Notes: generated by a model not told the origin, from the sequence alone. Counted from the first letter of the stretch, positions 16,072 through 25,900 are shown. The stretch is 29,724 nt of DNA from an uncultured Francisellaceae bacterium (GCA_905612315.1 CAJQSL010000089.1:1-29724), one strand, 5' to 3'. A program made the numbers and translations.

Positions 16072-17186
16072 ACCTTAACCAAAGCAACCTGCACAACTTT
16101 ATCAGCTTTTAAGACTTTTTTAGTCTTAGAGCTGATAATTATCTTCCCAAGATTATTATCTTTAGAGCTGTCATCTTTAAGATCATTATTTTCTAAATTA
16201 TTCTCTAAAATAATTGCTTCACTCAAGCTTGCGCGCCATTTTATATTCTTATTACTTAAGATCACTGGGGTAAGATGTACATCTTTGTTTTTCTTAAGAT
16301 AATCTTCAAGATTTATATTAGATATTTTATAATCTTTGGTGTTATTAAAAGTATTAATCTGCTGCATTTTGGCATGAAGAGTTGGGCCTGCATCAAATAA
16401 ATCTACATATCCTTTGAATTTAAAACCTTCTTTTTCAAGAAGAGCTTGCGCTGGAGCTGTAAGTTTATGGACTTTTCCAATAGCATTTCTTGCACCAGTC
16501 GGTAGCATGCTAGTGTAGATTCTAGTCTCGGGGATAAGATCCGTAATAAATTGCTTTTGTCCGCAACCTTTTATGTAATCGGCTTCAGGGAATTTAAGCC
16601 CGATAAAGCATTTTCCTATTGCATTCCAAAAAGGGCTAGTGCCTTTTTCATCACTAACTCCGCGCATTTCAGCGATAATTTGTTCCGGGAATCTTTCTTG
16701 AAATAGCTTTAAAAATAAAAATCTTGCACGGGATATAAGCTGCCCCAAGCACTTATGGCGATGTTCAGGTAATAAAAATAAAGTGCAAATTTCAGTGGTG
16801 TTACTAAGGTCCGTAGTTAGGGTAAGAATATCATGGGTGATTCTTATATCCAGATCTTTGGAGACTTTGGCAAGTTTTCCAATCTTATAATGATAAAATA
16901 ACTCTTCGGCGCCAACATTTGCTTCTATCGCAGAGACTCCAACAATTTTATTACTAGGTAGATGCTCTAAAGCAAATAGATAATACTCAGAGGATAATTC
17001 TTTTTGATTTTTTGCAAAACTTTTTATAGATATTTTTATTTTTTCAGATAAAGCTTCTCTTGAGTCAGGAAGGGATGTAAATCCTATGCCAGATACTTTT
17101 GCTAAATTACAAAGCTCGGTTAAATCAGTTTTTTTAATTGGGCGCAGGCGATAGTTATCAAAATGAGAAAGGTTATGTTTTTTCAT
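16068..17186 (-). CDS. astA: Arginine N-succinyltransferase family protein (AstA-like)
   Basis: 372 aa. The N-terminus LRPIKKTDLTELCNLAKVSGIGFTSLP parallels E. coli AstA ([27 protein letters not shown]). Confidence 0.65.
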   Translation of the reverse strand: MKKHNLSHFDNYRLRPIKKTDLTELCNLAKVSGIGFTSLPDSREALSEKIKISIKSFAKNQKELSSEYYLFALEHLPSNKIVGVSAIEANVGAEELFYHYKIGKLAKVSKDLDIRITHDILTLTTDLSNTTEICTLFLLPEHRHKCLGQLISRARFLFLKLFQERFPEQIIAEMRGVSDEKGTSPFWNAIGKCFIGLKFPEADYIKGCGQKQFITDLIPETRIYTSMLPTGARNAIGKVHKLTAPAQALLEKEGFKFKGYVDLFDAGPTLHAKMQQINTFNNTKDYKISNINLEDYLKKNKDVHLTPVILSNKNIKWRASLSEAIILENNLENNDLKDDSSKDNNLGKIIISSKTKKVLKADKVVQVALVKV

Positions 17187-17275
17187 TTTTTTATTTGGTC
17201 CAGTTATATTTCTTTAATTATGGTGTACTTATTGGAGTAATAAAAAGTTAATAAGTTTAAATGTTTTGTCAGTTA

Positions 17276-18520
17276 TTAAGCCTTTTGCGCTAATTTGTAT
17301 AAAATTAGTGTAGATAATTTAGTACGCTCAGCCAAGCTATTTAAATGTACGAACTCTTTATCAGAGTGAATACAGCCGCCGCGAACTCCTAGAGTATCAA
17401 CAACAGGTAACCCGCAGGCTGCAAGGTTATTGCCATCACAAACGCCTCCTGCTGATTTCCAGTTGATATCCATATTTAGTTCTTTGCCGCACTCTTTGAC
17501 CAGGTTAAATAGCTTTTCTTGGTTTTTATCTAAAGGCTTAGGTGGGCGCGAAATAGATCCAGAGTAACTTAATTTACACTGAGACTCGCTTTCAACTTTT
17601 TTTAATATCTCATGTAGTTTAGCTTTGAAAAAATCTAAATCAGCTTTGCTCTTAATTCTTATATTTAAAGCGCAAGTAGCAGCATCAGGGACTTGATTTA
17701 ATGGGCTATCAGCGCTAAATCTTGCGATATTAACTAGTAGCGAATTATCTTTTTTGCTAAGTTTGTGTAGCCTTGTTGCTACTTCTGCCAAGGCTATAAT
17801 TGCATTTCTGCCACCAAATAGATCTCTTCCAGCGTGGGTGCTTTTGCCTTGAGCGTGAATCCTAAAGCTGCCACTGCCAGATCTTGCTCCAGCCAAAGTC
17901 CCATCTGGGGTAAGGCTTGGTTCATAAACTAGTCCTACGCTGTTTTTATTGGCTTTTATTATCTTTTTGGCATGATTTTCTAAATGTACTTTTGAGCTTA
18001 TAGAGCCGATTTCTTCATCTGGATTTATCATAACTATCCAGTTTAGTTTATGGGCTAAGTCGGTTTTTTCAAATGCTTCAAGAGCACTTAACATTACTAA
18101 TAAACCGCCTTTCATATCAGCGACACCGGGGCCATTTAGAATATCTTTTTGTAGTTTTCTTGTTTTTTGAAAGTGATTATTTTCACAAAATACGGTGTCA
18201 TAGTGGCCAGATAATAATATTGTTGGTAGTTTTGGATTTATATTTTTCTCAAATATTAGTAATGGGCCGGTTTGCATGTCTTGTGTTATTGTCGGGTTAT
18301 CTTTTGATATGATATCTGGGAGTTTGATTTTTTTGCATTTTATTTTAAGTTTTTTTTCAAAAAGATTACTAATTGCAACAGCCTGCTTTAGTAAGCCTTT
18401 TGTATTTGTTGAGCCTGAGTTTATCTCAGACCAGCTTATTAGAGTTTTTATTAGTTGATCAGTTTGTTGGTCAATGTGATTTAAAATGTGATTTAATCTG
18501 GGTAGATCATTATGGCTCAT
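17276..18520 (-). CDS. M20-family metallopeptidase / desuccinylase-deacetylase (ArgE/DapE/CPG2-like)
   Basis: 414 aa with M20 signature motifs LLSGHYDTV and GVADMKGG. Confidence 0.7.
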   Translation of the reverse strand: MSHNDLPRLNHILNHIDQQTDQLIKTLISWSEINSGSTNTKGLLKQAVAISNLFEKKLKIKCKKIKLPDIISKDNPTITQDMQTGPLLIFEKNINPKLPTILLSGHYDTVFCENNHFQKTRKLQKDILNGPGVADMKGGLLVMLSALEAFEKTDLAHKLNWIVMINPDEEIGSISSKVHLENHAKKIIKANKNSVGLVYEPSLTPDGTLAGARSGSGSFRIHAQGKSTHAGRDLFGGRNAIIALAEVATRLHKLSKKDNSLLVNIARFSADSPLNQVPDAATCALNIRIKSKADLDFFKAKLHEILKKVESESQCKLSYSGSISRPPKPLDKNQEKLFNLVKECGKELNMDINWKSAGGVCDGNNLAACGLPVVDTLGVRGGCIHSDKEFVHLNSLAERTKLSTLILYKLAQKA

Positions 18521-18533
18521 GTTAATTCAACTT

Positions 18534-18809
18534 TTATTTAAATAAATTTGAGTGTGACCCGGTTCTAACGAAAATCACAACATTTTCTTTTATTATTTGT
18601 TTATATATTAATAACCAGTCGGGTTCAAGGTGGCATTCGCGATGATTTGTCCAGTTGCCTTTTAATGAATGGTCTTTAAAAGAGTAAGGTAGGGGGATGT
18701 TTTTTTGAATGTATTCCATGGCCTTTTTGAGTCTATCCAGTTTTTTATTGCTTTTTTTGATGAGTTTTAAGTCTTTTTTGAACTGGTTTGTGTATTCTAT
18801 TTGTAGCAT
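18534..18809 (-). CDS. yafQ: Type II toxin YafQ (RelE/ParE superfamily mRNA interferase)
   Basis: Similar to E. coli YafQ (LKGNWTNHRECHLEPDWLLIYK versus LQGSWKGYRDAHVEPDWILIYK). The start is taken at the MLQIEY methionine (18809), giving ~91 aa. A longer ORF to 18842 overlaps dinJ. Confidence 0.8.
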   Translation of the reverse strand: MLQIEYTNQFKKDLKLIKKSNKKLDRLKKAMEYIQKNIPLPYSFKDHSLKGNWTNHRECHLEPDWLLIYKQIIKENVVIFVRTGSHSNLFK

Positions 18810-18819
18810 TCTTTTGTTT

Positions 18820-19068
18820 TTAATCTTCCAATAAGTCATCAATGTTTTTTGCTTTCAGGGTTTTTCTATCGTTTGCGTCTTTCATGGCCTGGATAGTTTT
18901 CTCATTTGGTATTTTTAGCTCAAATGGTATTCCTTTTTGTAGGCATACTTGTTTGTAAAATAGCCTTATCGCTTCAGCGGTTGATAGGCCTATGGTATGG
19001 AATATTTTTTCTGCCTTTTTCTTAACGTTTGGCTCTATTCTAACGTTAACGGTCGATAATTTGTGCAT
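18820..19068 (-). CDS. dinJ: Type II antitoxin DinJ (RelB/DinJ family)
   Basis: 82 aa. VNVRIEPNVKKKAEKIF...GIPFELKIPNEKTIQAMKD aligns with E. coli DinJ (VRARIDEDLKNQA...ALPFDLREPNQLTIQSIKN). It lies immediately upstream of yafQ. Confidence 0.8.
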   Translation of the reverse strand: MHKLSTVNVRIEPNVKKKAEKIFHTIGLSTAEAIRLFYKQVCLQKGIPFELKIPNEKTIQAMKDANDRKTLKAKNIDDLLED

Positions 19069-19219
19069 TTTGAATTGCTCCTTTGCATAATGTGTTATAT
19101 TGTTATTGTAAGACGTACGTTACACAAAGTCAAGTTTTTATACTATTATTAATACTTTACATTTAAATTAAAAAAGATATCAGCTAAACTTCAAATAATA
19201 ACTTGCGTGGGGGTAGATT

Positions 19220-20290
19220 ATGGCTAGAAATTTAAAATTAATAAGGCTTGCTAAAACTAGTGTGTTAGTTAGCTTAACTATATGTTTTAACGGGTATTTG
19301 TCGACAAATTGCTTGGCTAATAACAATGCTAAAGCAAGCGTGCAAGCTAGTGTGAATACAAAAGCATACACGGTAAGGCGGGGGGATAATTTATGGATGA
19401 TTGCTAAAAGACATCGGCCATCGAAGAAAATATCGACTGCTAATATGTTATTGGCTATTCAAAAACTTAATGAATATCAGCTAAATGGAAGTACTGCTTT
19501 GAATTCGGGCATGCATTTAAAATTGCCGAAAACAAGTGCAGGAGTAAAAGAAATTTTACATCCTAAAGAGCAGATATCTAAGCCTAAAGAAGTTACTAAA
19601 CAAATCAGTAAAAACAGTAAAAATTTAGCAGTTGATAATTATTATAATTCTAGTGCTAACCCAATTCCCGTTGGCGTAAGTAATATAAATAATAAAACTA
19701 AACCTAAAAAAATAGAGTTCAAAACTCAGATCTTAGCTACACCTAGGGTTGATAAGTTTGATAAAATTAAGGTGCAAGATAATAAATATCAAGTAGATGC
19801 TTGGATGCTTCTAAGTGCTTTTTTCATGTTAACTACAGTGTTTTTATACTGGAGATATAGACAAAGCCAGCAATCATCAGGTGCTTCTGGGACAGCAGCT
19901 TTGCGTTTAGGAATTAGATCTAAGAATAATAGGAATTATCAAAATACTGCGCCAACGCAAGTTTCAGTACTAACTACCTCTGAGCCTAAACTAAATATCC
20001 AAGTAGACTCAATAAATCAGGTTGAGAGCGTACCATTAACAAATGTAGATAATATATCTAATAGGCAGGATTTGTTAGATGAGCTAGATTTGATAAAAAC
20101 TAGAGTAAGTGCAGCTCCTCATAGTGTTGATTTGAGATTGGAATTATTAAGAAAATTAGTAAAACTAGATGATCAAGACGGTTTTAAAAAAGCTGTAGAC
20201 GAGTTAACCCCGTTATTGACTGAAGAGCATCAAACGGTTTGGAGTGATATCCGAAGCATGTATTTTGGTAAGTGGGCATATGATGCTTGA
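19220..20290 (+). CDS. LysM-domain membrane protein (FimV-like N-terminal region)
   Basis: After a signal/anchor region comes a LysM motif, YTVRRGDNLWMIAKRH. There is one internal TM (WMLLSAFFMLTTVFLYW) and a helical C-terminal region. Confidence 0.6.
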   Translation: MARNLKLIRLAKTSVLVSLTICFNGYLSTNCLANNNAKASVQASVNTKAYTVRRGDNLWMIAKRHRPSKKISTANMLLAIQKLNEYQLNGSTALNSGMHLKLPKTSAGVKEILHPKEQISKPKEVTKQISKNSKNLAVDNYYNSSANPIPVGVSNINNKTKPKKIEFKTQILATPRVDKFDKIKVQDNKYQVDAWMLLSAFFMLTTVFLYWRYRQSQQSSGASGTAALRLGIRSKNNRNYQNTAPTQVSVLTTSEPKLNIQVDSINQVESVPLTNVDNISNRQDLLDELDLIKTRVSAAPHSVDLRLELLRKLVKLDDQDGFKKAVDELTPLLTEEHQTVWSDIRSMYFGKWAYDA

Positions 20291-20359
20291 TAAATAGCAC
20301 GTTGGTGCTTAAAGTATGTGATATAAATTATATATAAGTTATATTGAGTTAGGTATTTT

Positions 20360-21316
20360 ATGGAGTTTCTTGATTTTGAAAAACCAATTGCTGAGCTAAA
20401 AGCTAAAATTGATGCTTTGCAAGCAGTTGAGGATGGTTCAGCAGTTGATATTCAGGAGGAAATCGTAAGGCTTGAAAAAAAACAGTTGGCCCTTACAAAA
20501 AAAGTGTTTTCGAACTTAAGTGACTGGCAGGTTATTCAGGTCGCAAGGCATCCAAATAGACCTTATACATTAGATTATATAAAGCTCATATTTGATGAGT
20601 ATGAGCCACTTCATGGAGATAGAAGCTTTGCCGATGATCCGGCTTTAGTCGGTGGGTTGGCCAAGTTAGGAGATTATCCGGTTGTAGTTGTGGGTCATCA
20701 AAAAGGAAGAAATACCAAAGAAAAAATATATCGCAATTTTGGTATGCCACACCCAGAAGGCTATAGAAAAGCAAAAAGATTATTCAAAATGGCTGAAAAA
20801 TTCTCATTGCCTGTGGTGACTTTAATTGACACACCAGGAGCGTACCCTGGGATAAATGCTGAAGCTCGTGGCCAAAGTGAAGCTATTGCAACAAACCTGC
20901 AAGTTATGGCGCAGCTTAAAGTGCCAATTATTTGTGTTGTAATTGGTGAAGGATGTTCAGGTGGCGCTTTAGGAATTGGTGTTGGCGATAACATGTTAAT
21001 GATGCAATATAGTTATTTTGCGACCATTTCACCTGAAGGTTGTGCAACTATTCTTTGGAAAAGTGCCGATAAAGCATCAGATGCAGCTAAAATTATGGGA
21101 ATAACTCCAAAAAGGTTATTAGAATTGGGTATTATTGATGAGATAATTCCGGAGCCTTTGGGTGGAGCGCATCGTGATTTTAAAGAGTCCGCGCATAATT
21201 TAAAACAAGTTTTGCAAAAACATTTAAGAGACTTAATGCAAAAATCACCGGATGCGCTATTAAAATCTCGTTATGATAGATTGATGAACTTTGGTGAGTT
21301 CGAGACTAAAAAATGA
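20360..21316 (+). CDS. accA: Acetyl-CoA carboxylase carboxyltransferase subunit alpha
   Basis: 318 aa. [18 protein letters not shown]...[13 protein letters not shown] and the [10 protein letters not shown] region are typical AccA. A tilS overlap follows. Confidence 0.95.
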   Translation: MEFLDFEKPIAELKAKIDALQAVEDGSAVDIQEEIVRLEKKQLALTKKVFSNLSDWQVIQVARHPNRPYTLDYIKLIFDEYEPLHGDRSFADDPALVGGLAKLGDYPVVVVGHQKGRNTKEKIYRNFGMPHPEGYRKAKRLFKMAEKFSLPVVTLIDTPGAYPGINAEARGQSEAIATNLQVMAQLKVPIICVVIGEGCSGGALGIGVGDNMLMMQYSYFATISPEGCATILWKSADKASDAAKIMGITPKRLLELGIIDEIIPEPLGGAHRDFKESAHNLKQVLQKHLRDLMQKSPDALLKSRYDRLMNFGEFETKK

Positions 21317-22803
21317 AAACAAATCACATGGAAGTGCTTCTAAGTTTTAAGAAAGCCTGGCTAGATACAAATTTAATATCATATTTAGATCAATCTAATA
21401 AAATTATTTTAGCTTTTAGTGGCGGGCTAGATTCTAGTGTTTTGATTGATAGTTTTTTATATTTTATGGAAAAACAAGATATAAAAAATTATAAAAACAA
21501 GATATTGCTTTGTCATGTAAATCATAATTTAAGTAAGTTCGCAGATTCTTGGGTCAAGCATTGTCAAGTTCAAGCCGATAAATGGGGGGTGTCTTTAGTT
21601 ATAGAGAATATAAAAGATACAAATTTTAATGGCGATGGGTTAGAGCTGTGGGCACGAAAAGCTAGATATAATATTTTTAATAATCATCTAAAAGCTGCAG
21701 ATATATTATTAACCGGGCATCATATGGATGATCAAGCAGAAACGTTTTTATTGCAGTGCTTGCGTGGTGCTGGGGTAAGCGGGATGCGCGCTATGCCAAA
21801 GGTAAAAGACTTTGGGAAAGGCTTTTTGCTGCGGCCATTACTTAATATATCTAAAGAAGATTTTGAAAGTTGGGCAACTTTAAGAAAACTAAGCTGGATT
21901 GAAGATGATTCAAACACTGATATTAAGTTAGATAGAAATTTTATTCGTCATGAAATTTTACCGAAACTAGAAAAGCGCTGGCCAAAAGCTAAGCTTAAGT
22001 TCGCTCGAGCTAGTTATTTTTGTCAGCAGGCTATGAGAGTTATAGATCAAAATATAGACTTAGAAAAATATTTAGAAAAAGATCTAGAAAAAGATTTAAA
22101 TAAATATTGCTCTTTAAATATTAAAAAAATAATAGAGCTAGAAAATAATGATCAAATAGTTTTTATTCTAAGAAAGTGGTTAGATTCTAATAATATTCTG
22201 ATGCCAAGTGAAAATAGATTATTAGAGTTTATCTCGCAGGTGAATAGTTTGATCTTATCTAATAAATCAGATAGCAGTGTTGAGCTTGAAGTAAAGACAA
22301 AAGATATAAAAGATATAAAAGATATAAGCGAGCAGCTGTTTAGAGTTCAGCTATTTGATTTTAGATTATATTTAGTATCTGAAAATATTTTTGAATATCA
22401 AAAGGCGGCGTTTAAGTTTGAGTCGAGTGTTGATTTTAATAAAGAAGATAATTTTTTATTGCCAGAATATGCATATATGAAAAAATTTAGTAACTATAAT
22501 GCCGACTGTTTTATTAATTACGAGTCTGCTGAGGAATTGATTGCTTGTGATACATCTATTGATTTTGTAAAAAGTTATGAGATATCAAAAAAACAACTTG
22601 AGTCTTTAGGTTTAAGCTTAAATCATGAGCAATGGCAAAAAGTTATAATAAGATTTAGACGCGGTGGAGAAATTGTTAAATGGCAAGATCAGCATAAATC
22701 TTTAAAGAAAATCTTTAATGAAAAAAAGGTAATTCCATGGCAAAGAGCTTTGGTGCCCTTGGTTATAGTTGATGATGAAGTGAAGTGGATTATAGGATTA
22801 TAG
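21313..22803 (+). CDS. tilS: tRNA(Ile)-lysidine synthetase TilS, with low-complexity insertions
   Basis: PP-loop SGGLDSSVL. Conserved accA-tilS order, with an ATGA overlap against accA. The 496-aa length is inflated by K/D/E/L-rich repeats ([22 protein letters not shown]). Confidence 0.85.
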   Translation: MKTNHMEVLLSFKKAWLDTNLISYLDQSNKIILAFSGGLDSSVLIDSFLYFMEKQDIKNYKNKILLCHVNHNLSKFADSWVKHCQVQADKWGVSLVIENIKDTNFNGDGLELWARKARYNIFNNHLKAADILLTGHHMDDQAETFLLQCLRGAGVSGMRAMPKVKDFGKGFLLRPLLNISKEDFESWATLRKLSWIEDDSNTDIKLDRNFIRHEILPKLEKRWPKAKLKFARASYFCQQAMRVIDQNIDLEKYLEKDLEKDLNKYCSLNIKKIIELENNDQIVFILRKWLDSNNILMPSENRLLEFISQVNSLILSNKSDSSVELEVKTKDIKDIKDISEQLFRVQLFDFRLYLVSENIFEYQKAAFKFESSVDFNKEDNFLLPEYAYMKKFSNYNADCFINYESAEELIACDTSIDFVKSYEISKKQLESLGLSLNHEQWQKVIIRFRRGGEIVKWQDQHKSLKKIFNEKKVIPWQRALVPLVIVDDEVKWIIGL

Positions 22804-22807
22804 GATT

Positions 22808-22921
22808 ATAGCTCACCTTACGCAAAAACATACCCAGTGCAGTCATTGCGAGACTACGTCGAAGCAATCTCGGGTGGAGTGCTAAGCGCGTAGCCCGTAT
22901 CGATTTTTAAAAATCGATAAA
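22808..22921. repeat. Dispersed intergenic repeat element, copy A (~114 bp)
   Basis: Starts atagctcac. Core is gtcattgcgagactacgtcgaagcaatctcg. Ends with the palindrome atcgatttttaaaaatcgataaa. It is homologous to 25801-25900 and 29686-29724. Confidence 0.75.
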
Positions 22922-22959
22922 ACACATAAAGTGCATAATATGAGTTATAGGTAAAAAAT

Positions 22960-23805
22960 ATGAAAGTTTTAGATCAAAAAGATATTGCCAAATTATTACC
23001 AAAGCGTGCGCCTGACTCCCACAAAGGAGATTTCGGGCATGTATTGGTTATTGGGGGTGAGCCTGGGTTAAGTGGCGCAGCTTTAATGGCAGGGCAGGCG
23101 GCTCTTCGAGTTGGCGCAGGATTAGTGAGTATTGCAACGCATCCACATCATAGTAAAATTTTAAATTTAACCCAGCCAGAGTTGATGGTGTATGGCATAG
23201 AGCATGTTGAGCAGTTAGATCCATTGCTAGCCAAAGCTGATGTTATTGTTCTAGGGCCAGGAATGACTATAGGAACTTCTGATAATTGGTGGTCGCAGCA
23301 GTTAATAGATTATTGCCTAGTTAATGAAGATACAAAAAAATTACATGCTAAATTATCTTTCGTAATTGATGCAGGAGCCTTGGCTCGAGTTAAAAAGCTT
23401 AAATTAAAACAGGATAATTGGGTATTAACTCCGCACCCAAAAGAGGCTGCTAATTTATTGGGAGCAAATGTTTCTCATATACAAGATAAAAGGCCAGAAA
23501 AGGTGCGAGTTGTTCAAAAGCAATATGATGGGGTTTGTGTTTTAAAAGGTCACAATACTTTAGTTGATGATGGCGAAAATACTTATTTGTGTGAGTATGG
23601 AAACCCTGGAATGGCAACAGGTGGGATGGGAGATATTTTAAGTGGGATGATAGGAGGTTTTTTATCTCAAGGTTTATCTTTAATAGATTCTGCTAGAGTT
23701 GGAGTTTTATCTCATGCTATAAGTGCGGATCTAGCATCTGAAGATTTTGGCGAAAGATCTTTGTTGCCAACAGATTTGTTTTCTTACTTTTCTAAAATTA
23801 TTTAA
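22960..23805 (+). CDS. nnrD: ADP-dependent NAD(P)H-hydrate dehydratase (YjeF C-terminal domain; Nnr dehydratase)
   Basis: 281 aa. GDFGHVLVIGGEPGLSGAALMAGQAALRVGAGLV and GGMGDILSGMIG are typical of the YjeF_C family. Confidence 0.8.
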   Translation: MKVLDQKDIAKLLPKRAPDSHKGDFGHVLVIGGEPGLSGAALMAGQAALRVGAGLVSIATHPHHSKILNLTQPELMVYGIEHVEQLDPLLAKADVIVLGPGMTIGTSDNWWSQQLIDYCLVNEDTKKLHAKLSFVIDAGALARVKKLKLKQDNWVLTPHPKEAANLLGANVSHIQDKRPEKVRVVQKQYDGVCVLKGHNTLVDDGENTYLCEYGNPGMATGGMGDILSGMIGGFLSQGLSLIDSARVGVLSHAISADLASEDFGERSLLPTDLFSYFSKII

Positions 23806-23900
23806 TAATTAATTTATCTTTCTGGTATTCTAAATTTAGAACTATGTGAAATAAATATTTCTTCCCAAATAACAATAACAATAAAAATAAAGGGGTTCTT

Positions 23901-24530
23901 ATGTCAAATAATTCTAATTCACAAAATTTATCAAAAGATGAAGATTTTTTTAAAGGTACAATAAATGATGCAAAATTTGTAGCGGCGTGTTTTATTTTAA
24001 AAGTAAGATTGATGCAAAAAGATAGTTCTTTATCTAAAGGATTAAAAAAATCTCTTAAAAAGTATAAGAAGCCTAAGTTAACAAATCAGCAAGTTTTAGA
24101 TATCTATTTAAAATTATCTTTTAAGGATTTAGTAAGTTGTAAGCATAAAAGATTTTTGCAATGGATAGATAATAGTAATATTTTTGACTTTGTTATCCCT
24201 GTAGCTGGGGTGGGTGCGGCAGCGTTTATGTTATATGTTGCTGCAGGAGCTATTAATGAGCATTTGTTGTTAGGGTTACTAGATTTTATCCCAGGAGCTG
24301 AGGTTATTGGTTTCTCTGTGTTTTCGATGGTGGTTTTATCAGCTGCAGTTATGTTCAGTGAGTGCGCAAGGAGTAACCCCGGCGCAACTGGTATCCATGA
24401 TTATTTAAAAGAACTTGAGTCTTACCCAATTCCGCCTTTTTTAGCATGTTCTAGGTTAGAGGATGATGAGGAGCCTTCCACGAAGCCTCAATCTTCTTCT
24501 GAGCAGATGCAGGAACCACAATATAGTTAA
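23901..24530 (+). CDS. Hypothetical membrane protein
   Basis: 209-aa ORF with an RBS (aagggg), two or three hydrophobic segments, and an acidic C-terminal tail. The 3' end overlaps pstS convergently by 80 nt, so the exact extent is uncertain. Confidence 0.45.
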   Translation: MSNNSNSQNLSKDEDFFKGTINDAKFVAACFILKVRLMQKDSSLSKGLKKSLKKYKKPKLTNQQVLDIYLKLSFKDLVSCKHKRFLQWIDNSNIFDFVIPVAGVGAAAFMLYVAAGAINEHLLLGLLDFIPGAEVIGFSVFSMVVLSAAVMFSECARSNPGATGIHDYLKELESYPIPPFLACSRLEDDEEPSTKPQSSSEQMQEPQYS

Positions 24531-25551
24531 GATTTTTAGCCATAGCATCACCATTTTTAAATGCCCAAGAAAAGAACTTTAAGCTGGCTTTATTTACAGC
24601 AACCTGTTGTTTATCTTTAGGGTTATCTTCAGGAACCAGGATAAAGGTCGTTGCAACAATCGGCCAGCTTGCGGCCCCTGGCTGATTGGTTAATAATTGA
24701 TAAAAGCCGTTATCAGCACTCCATTTTGCATTATTTGCAGCTGATGCAAAAGATTTTAAATTAGCTTCAACAGTTTTGTTAGCTTTGTTTATCATTCTAA
24801 CAGCGGTCATTTTATTTGCTACAGCATAGGCATATTCAACATATCCAATGGTATTTGGCACATTTTGCACTTGGGCGGCAACTCCAGCATTACCTTTGCC
24901 ACCCATGCTAAGCCTGCCAGGCCAAGCAACTACAGTGTCATAGCCGACTTTACTTTTCCATGATTTGCTTACTTGAGATAGGTAATATGTTAAATTAAAA
25001 GTTGTGCCAGAGCCATCAGCTCGGTGGATAGTTATTATAGGGGTTTTGGGTAGATCAACTTTTGGATTTAGTTTTTGGATTTTAGGGTCATCCCATTTTG
25101 ATATTTCTCCTTGATAAATATCTGCCAAAACTTCACCAGATAGAGCTATTTGATTATTATGTATGCCATGAAGATGAACTACAGGCACTATTCCGCTCAT
25201 TACCATAGGAAATTGTATTGCATTTAGTTTATGTAAGTCTTGAATTCTGAGGGGTTTATCTGATGCAGCAAAATCTATAGTTTTAGCTTCTAGCTGTTTT
25301 ATGCCGCCGCCTGAGCCAATAGCCTGATAGTTAACTTTAGTGCCTGTTTCTTTAGCATAACTTTGGGTCCACTTTGCCATTACAGGATAAATGAAAGTTG
25401 AGCCAGCACCTGTTATTGTATTTGTTTTAGTAGGTTTAGCGGCTACTTTGCCAGTGGTTTTGTTGGTGTCTTTATCTGATGAGTTATTGTCGCAGCCAGG
25501 TGTAATGCTAATGATTAAGGCTATTATGGATGCTTTAATTAGAGTTTTCAT
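24451..25551 (-). CDS. pstS: Phosphate ABC transporter substrate-binding lipoprotein PstS
   Basis: The start is taken at MKTLIK (25551), which has an aagga RBS. The lipobox is ITPGC. The PstS core is ITGAGSTFIYPVMAKWTQSY...AIGSGGGIKQ. Confidence 0.85.
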   Translation of the reverse strand: MKTLIKASIIALIISITPGCDNNSSDKDTNKTTGKVAAKPTKTNTITGAGSTFIYPVMAKWTQSYAKETGTKVNYQAIGSGGGIKQLEAKTIDFAASDKPLRIQDLHKLNAIQFPMVMSGIVPVVHLHGIHNNQIALSGEVLADIYQGEISKWDDPKIQKLNPKVDLPKTPIITIHRADGSGTTFNLTYYLSQVSKSWKSKVGYDTVVAWPGRLSMGGKGNAGVAAQVQNVPNTIGYVEYAYAVANKMTAVRMINKANKTVEANLKSFASAANNAKWSADNGFYQLLTNQPGAASWPIVATTFILVPEDNPKDKQQVAVNKASLKFFSWAFKNGDAMAKNLNYIVVPASAQKKIEASWKAPHHPLT

Positions 25552-25800
25552 AATTTGTATCCTTTTGTGTTTAGTTATTAACATTTTAGTTGTAAATGCT
25601 AATAAGGCAATAAGGTTACAGATTTGTTTTTATTTTGTATTCAAAGAAGCTGTGCCGCCGCTTCCCATCCATGGGTTCCTTTGGGCACTTCATTTGTCTT
25701 CCTGATAACTTTATGTTAAACCTTATTAGGGCTTGAGGATATTGGTAAAGCTCGTAAAGGCTTGTGAGTGTTTTAGGAATAATACGTTGAGACATTGGCT

Positions 25801-25900
25801 ATAGAGACAAAACAAATAAAAACACCGACCGCTGTCGTTGCGAGCATACTTGCGAAGCAATCTCGTGCATAGCACGTATCGATTTGTTAAAATCGATAAA
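25801..25900. repeat. Dispersed intergenic repeat element, copy B (~100 bp)
   Basis: ctgtcgttgcgagcatacttgcgaagcaatctcg...cgtatcgatttgttaaaatcgataaa aligns along its length with copy A. Confidence 0.75.

Noticed and set aside
15775-16096. ORFs 15775..15972 (-) and 15872..16096 (-) inside the 320-aa gene
   Set aside because: They are alternative-frame readings of the GC-rich Gly/Ala-coding 3' end of the 15109..16071 gene, producing His/Arg-rich nonsense. There is no support.
25391-25705. 104-aa ORF overlapping the pstS start and promoter
   Set aside because: It overlaps the PstS signal-peptide coding region in antisense, lacks an RBS, and has a hydrophobic low-complexity translation typical of AT-rich antisense frames.
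25552-25800. Possible Pho box upstream of pstS
   Set aside because: No convincing CTGTCAT-N4-CTGTCAT tandem was found by eye in the pstS upstream region. Only weak partial matches (tgtcttcctgataac) are present.
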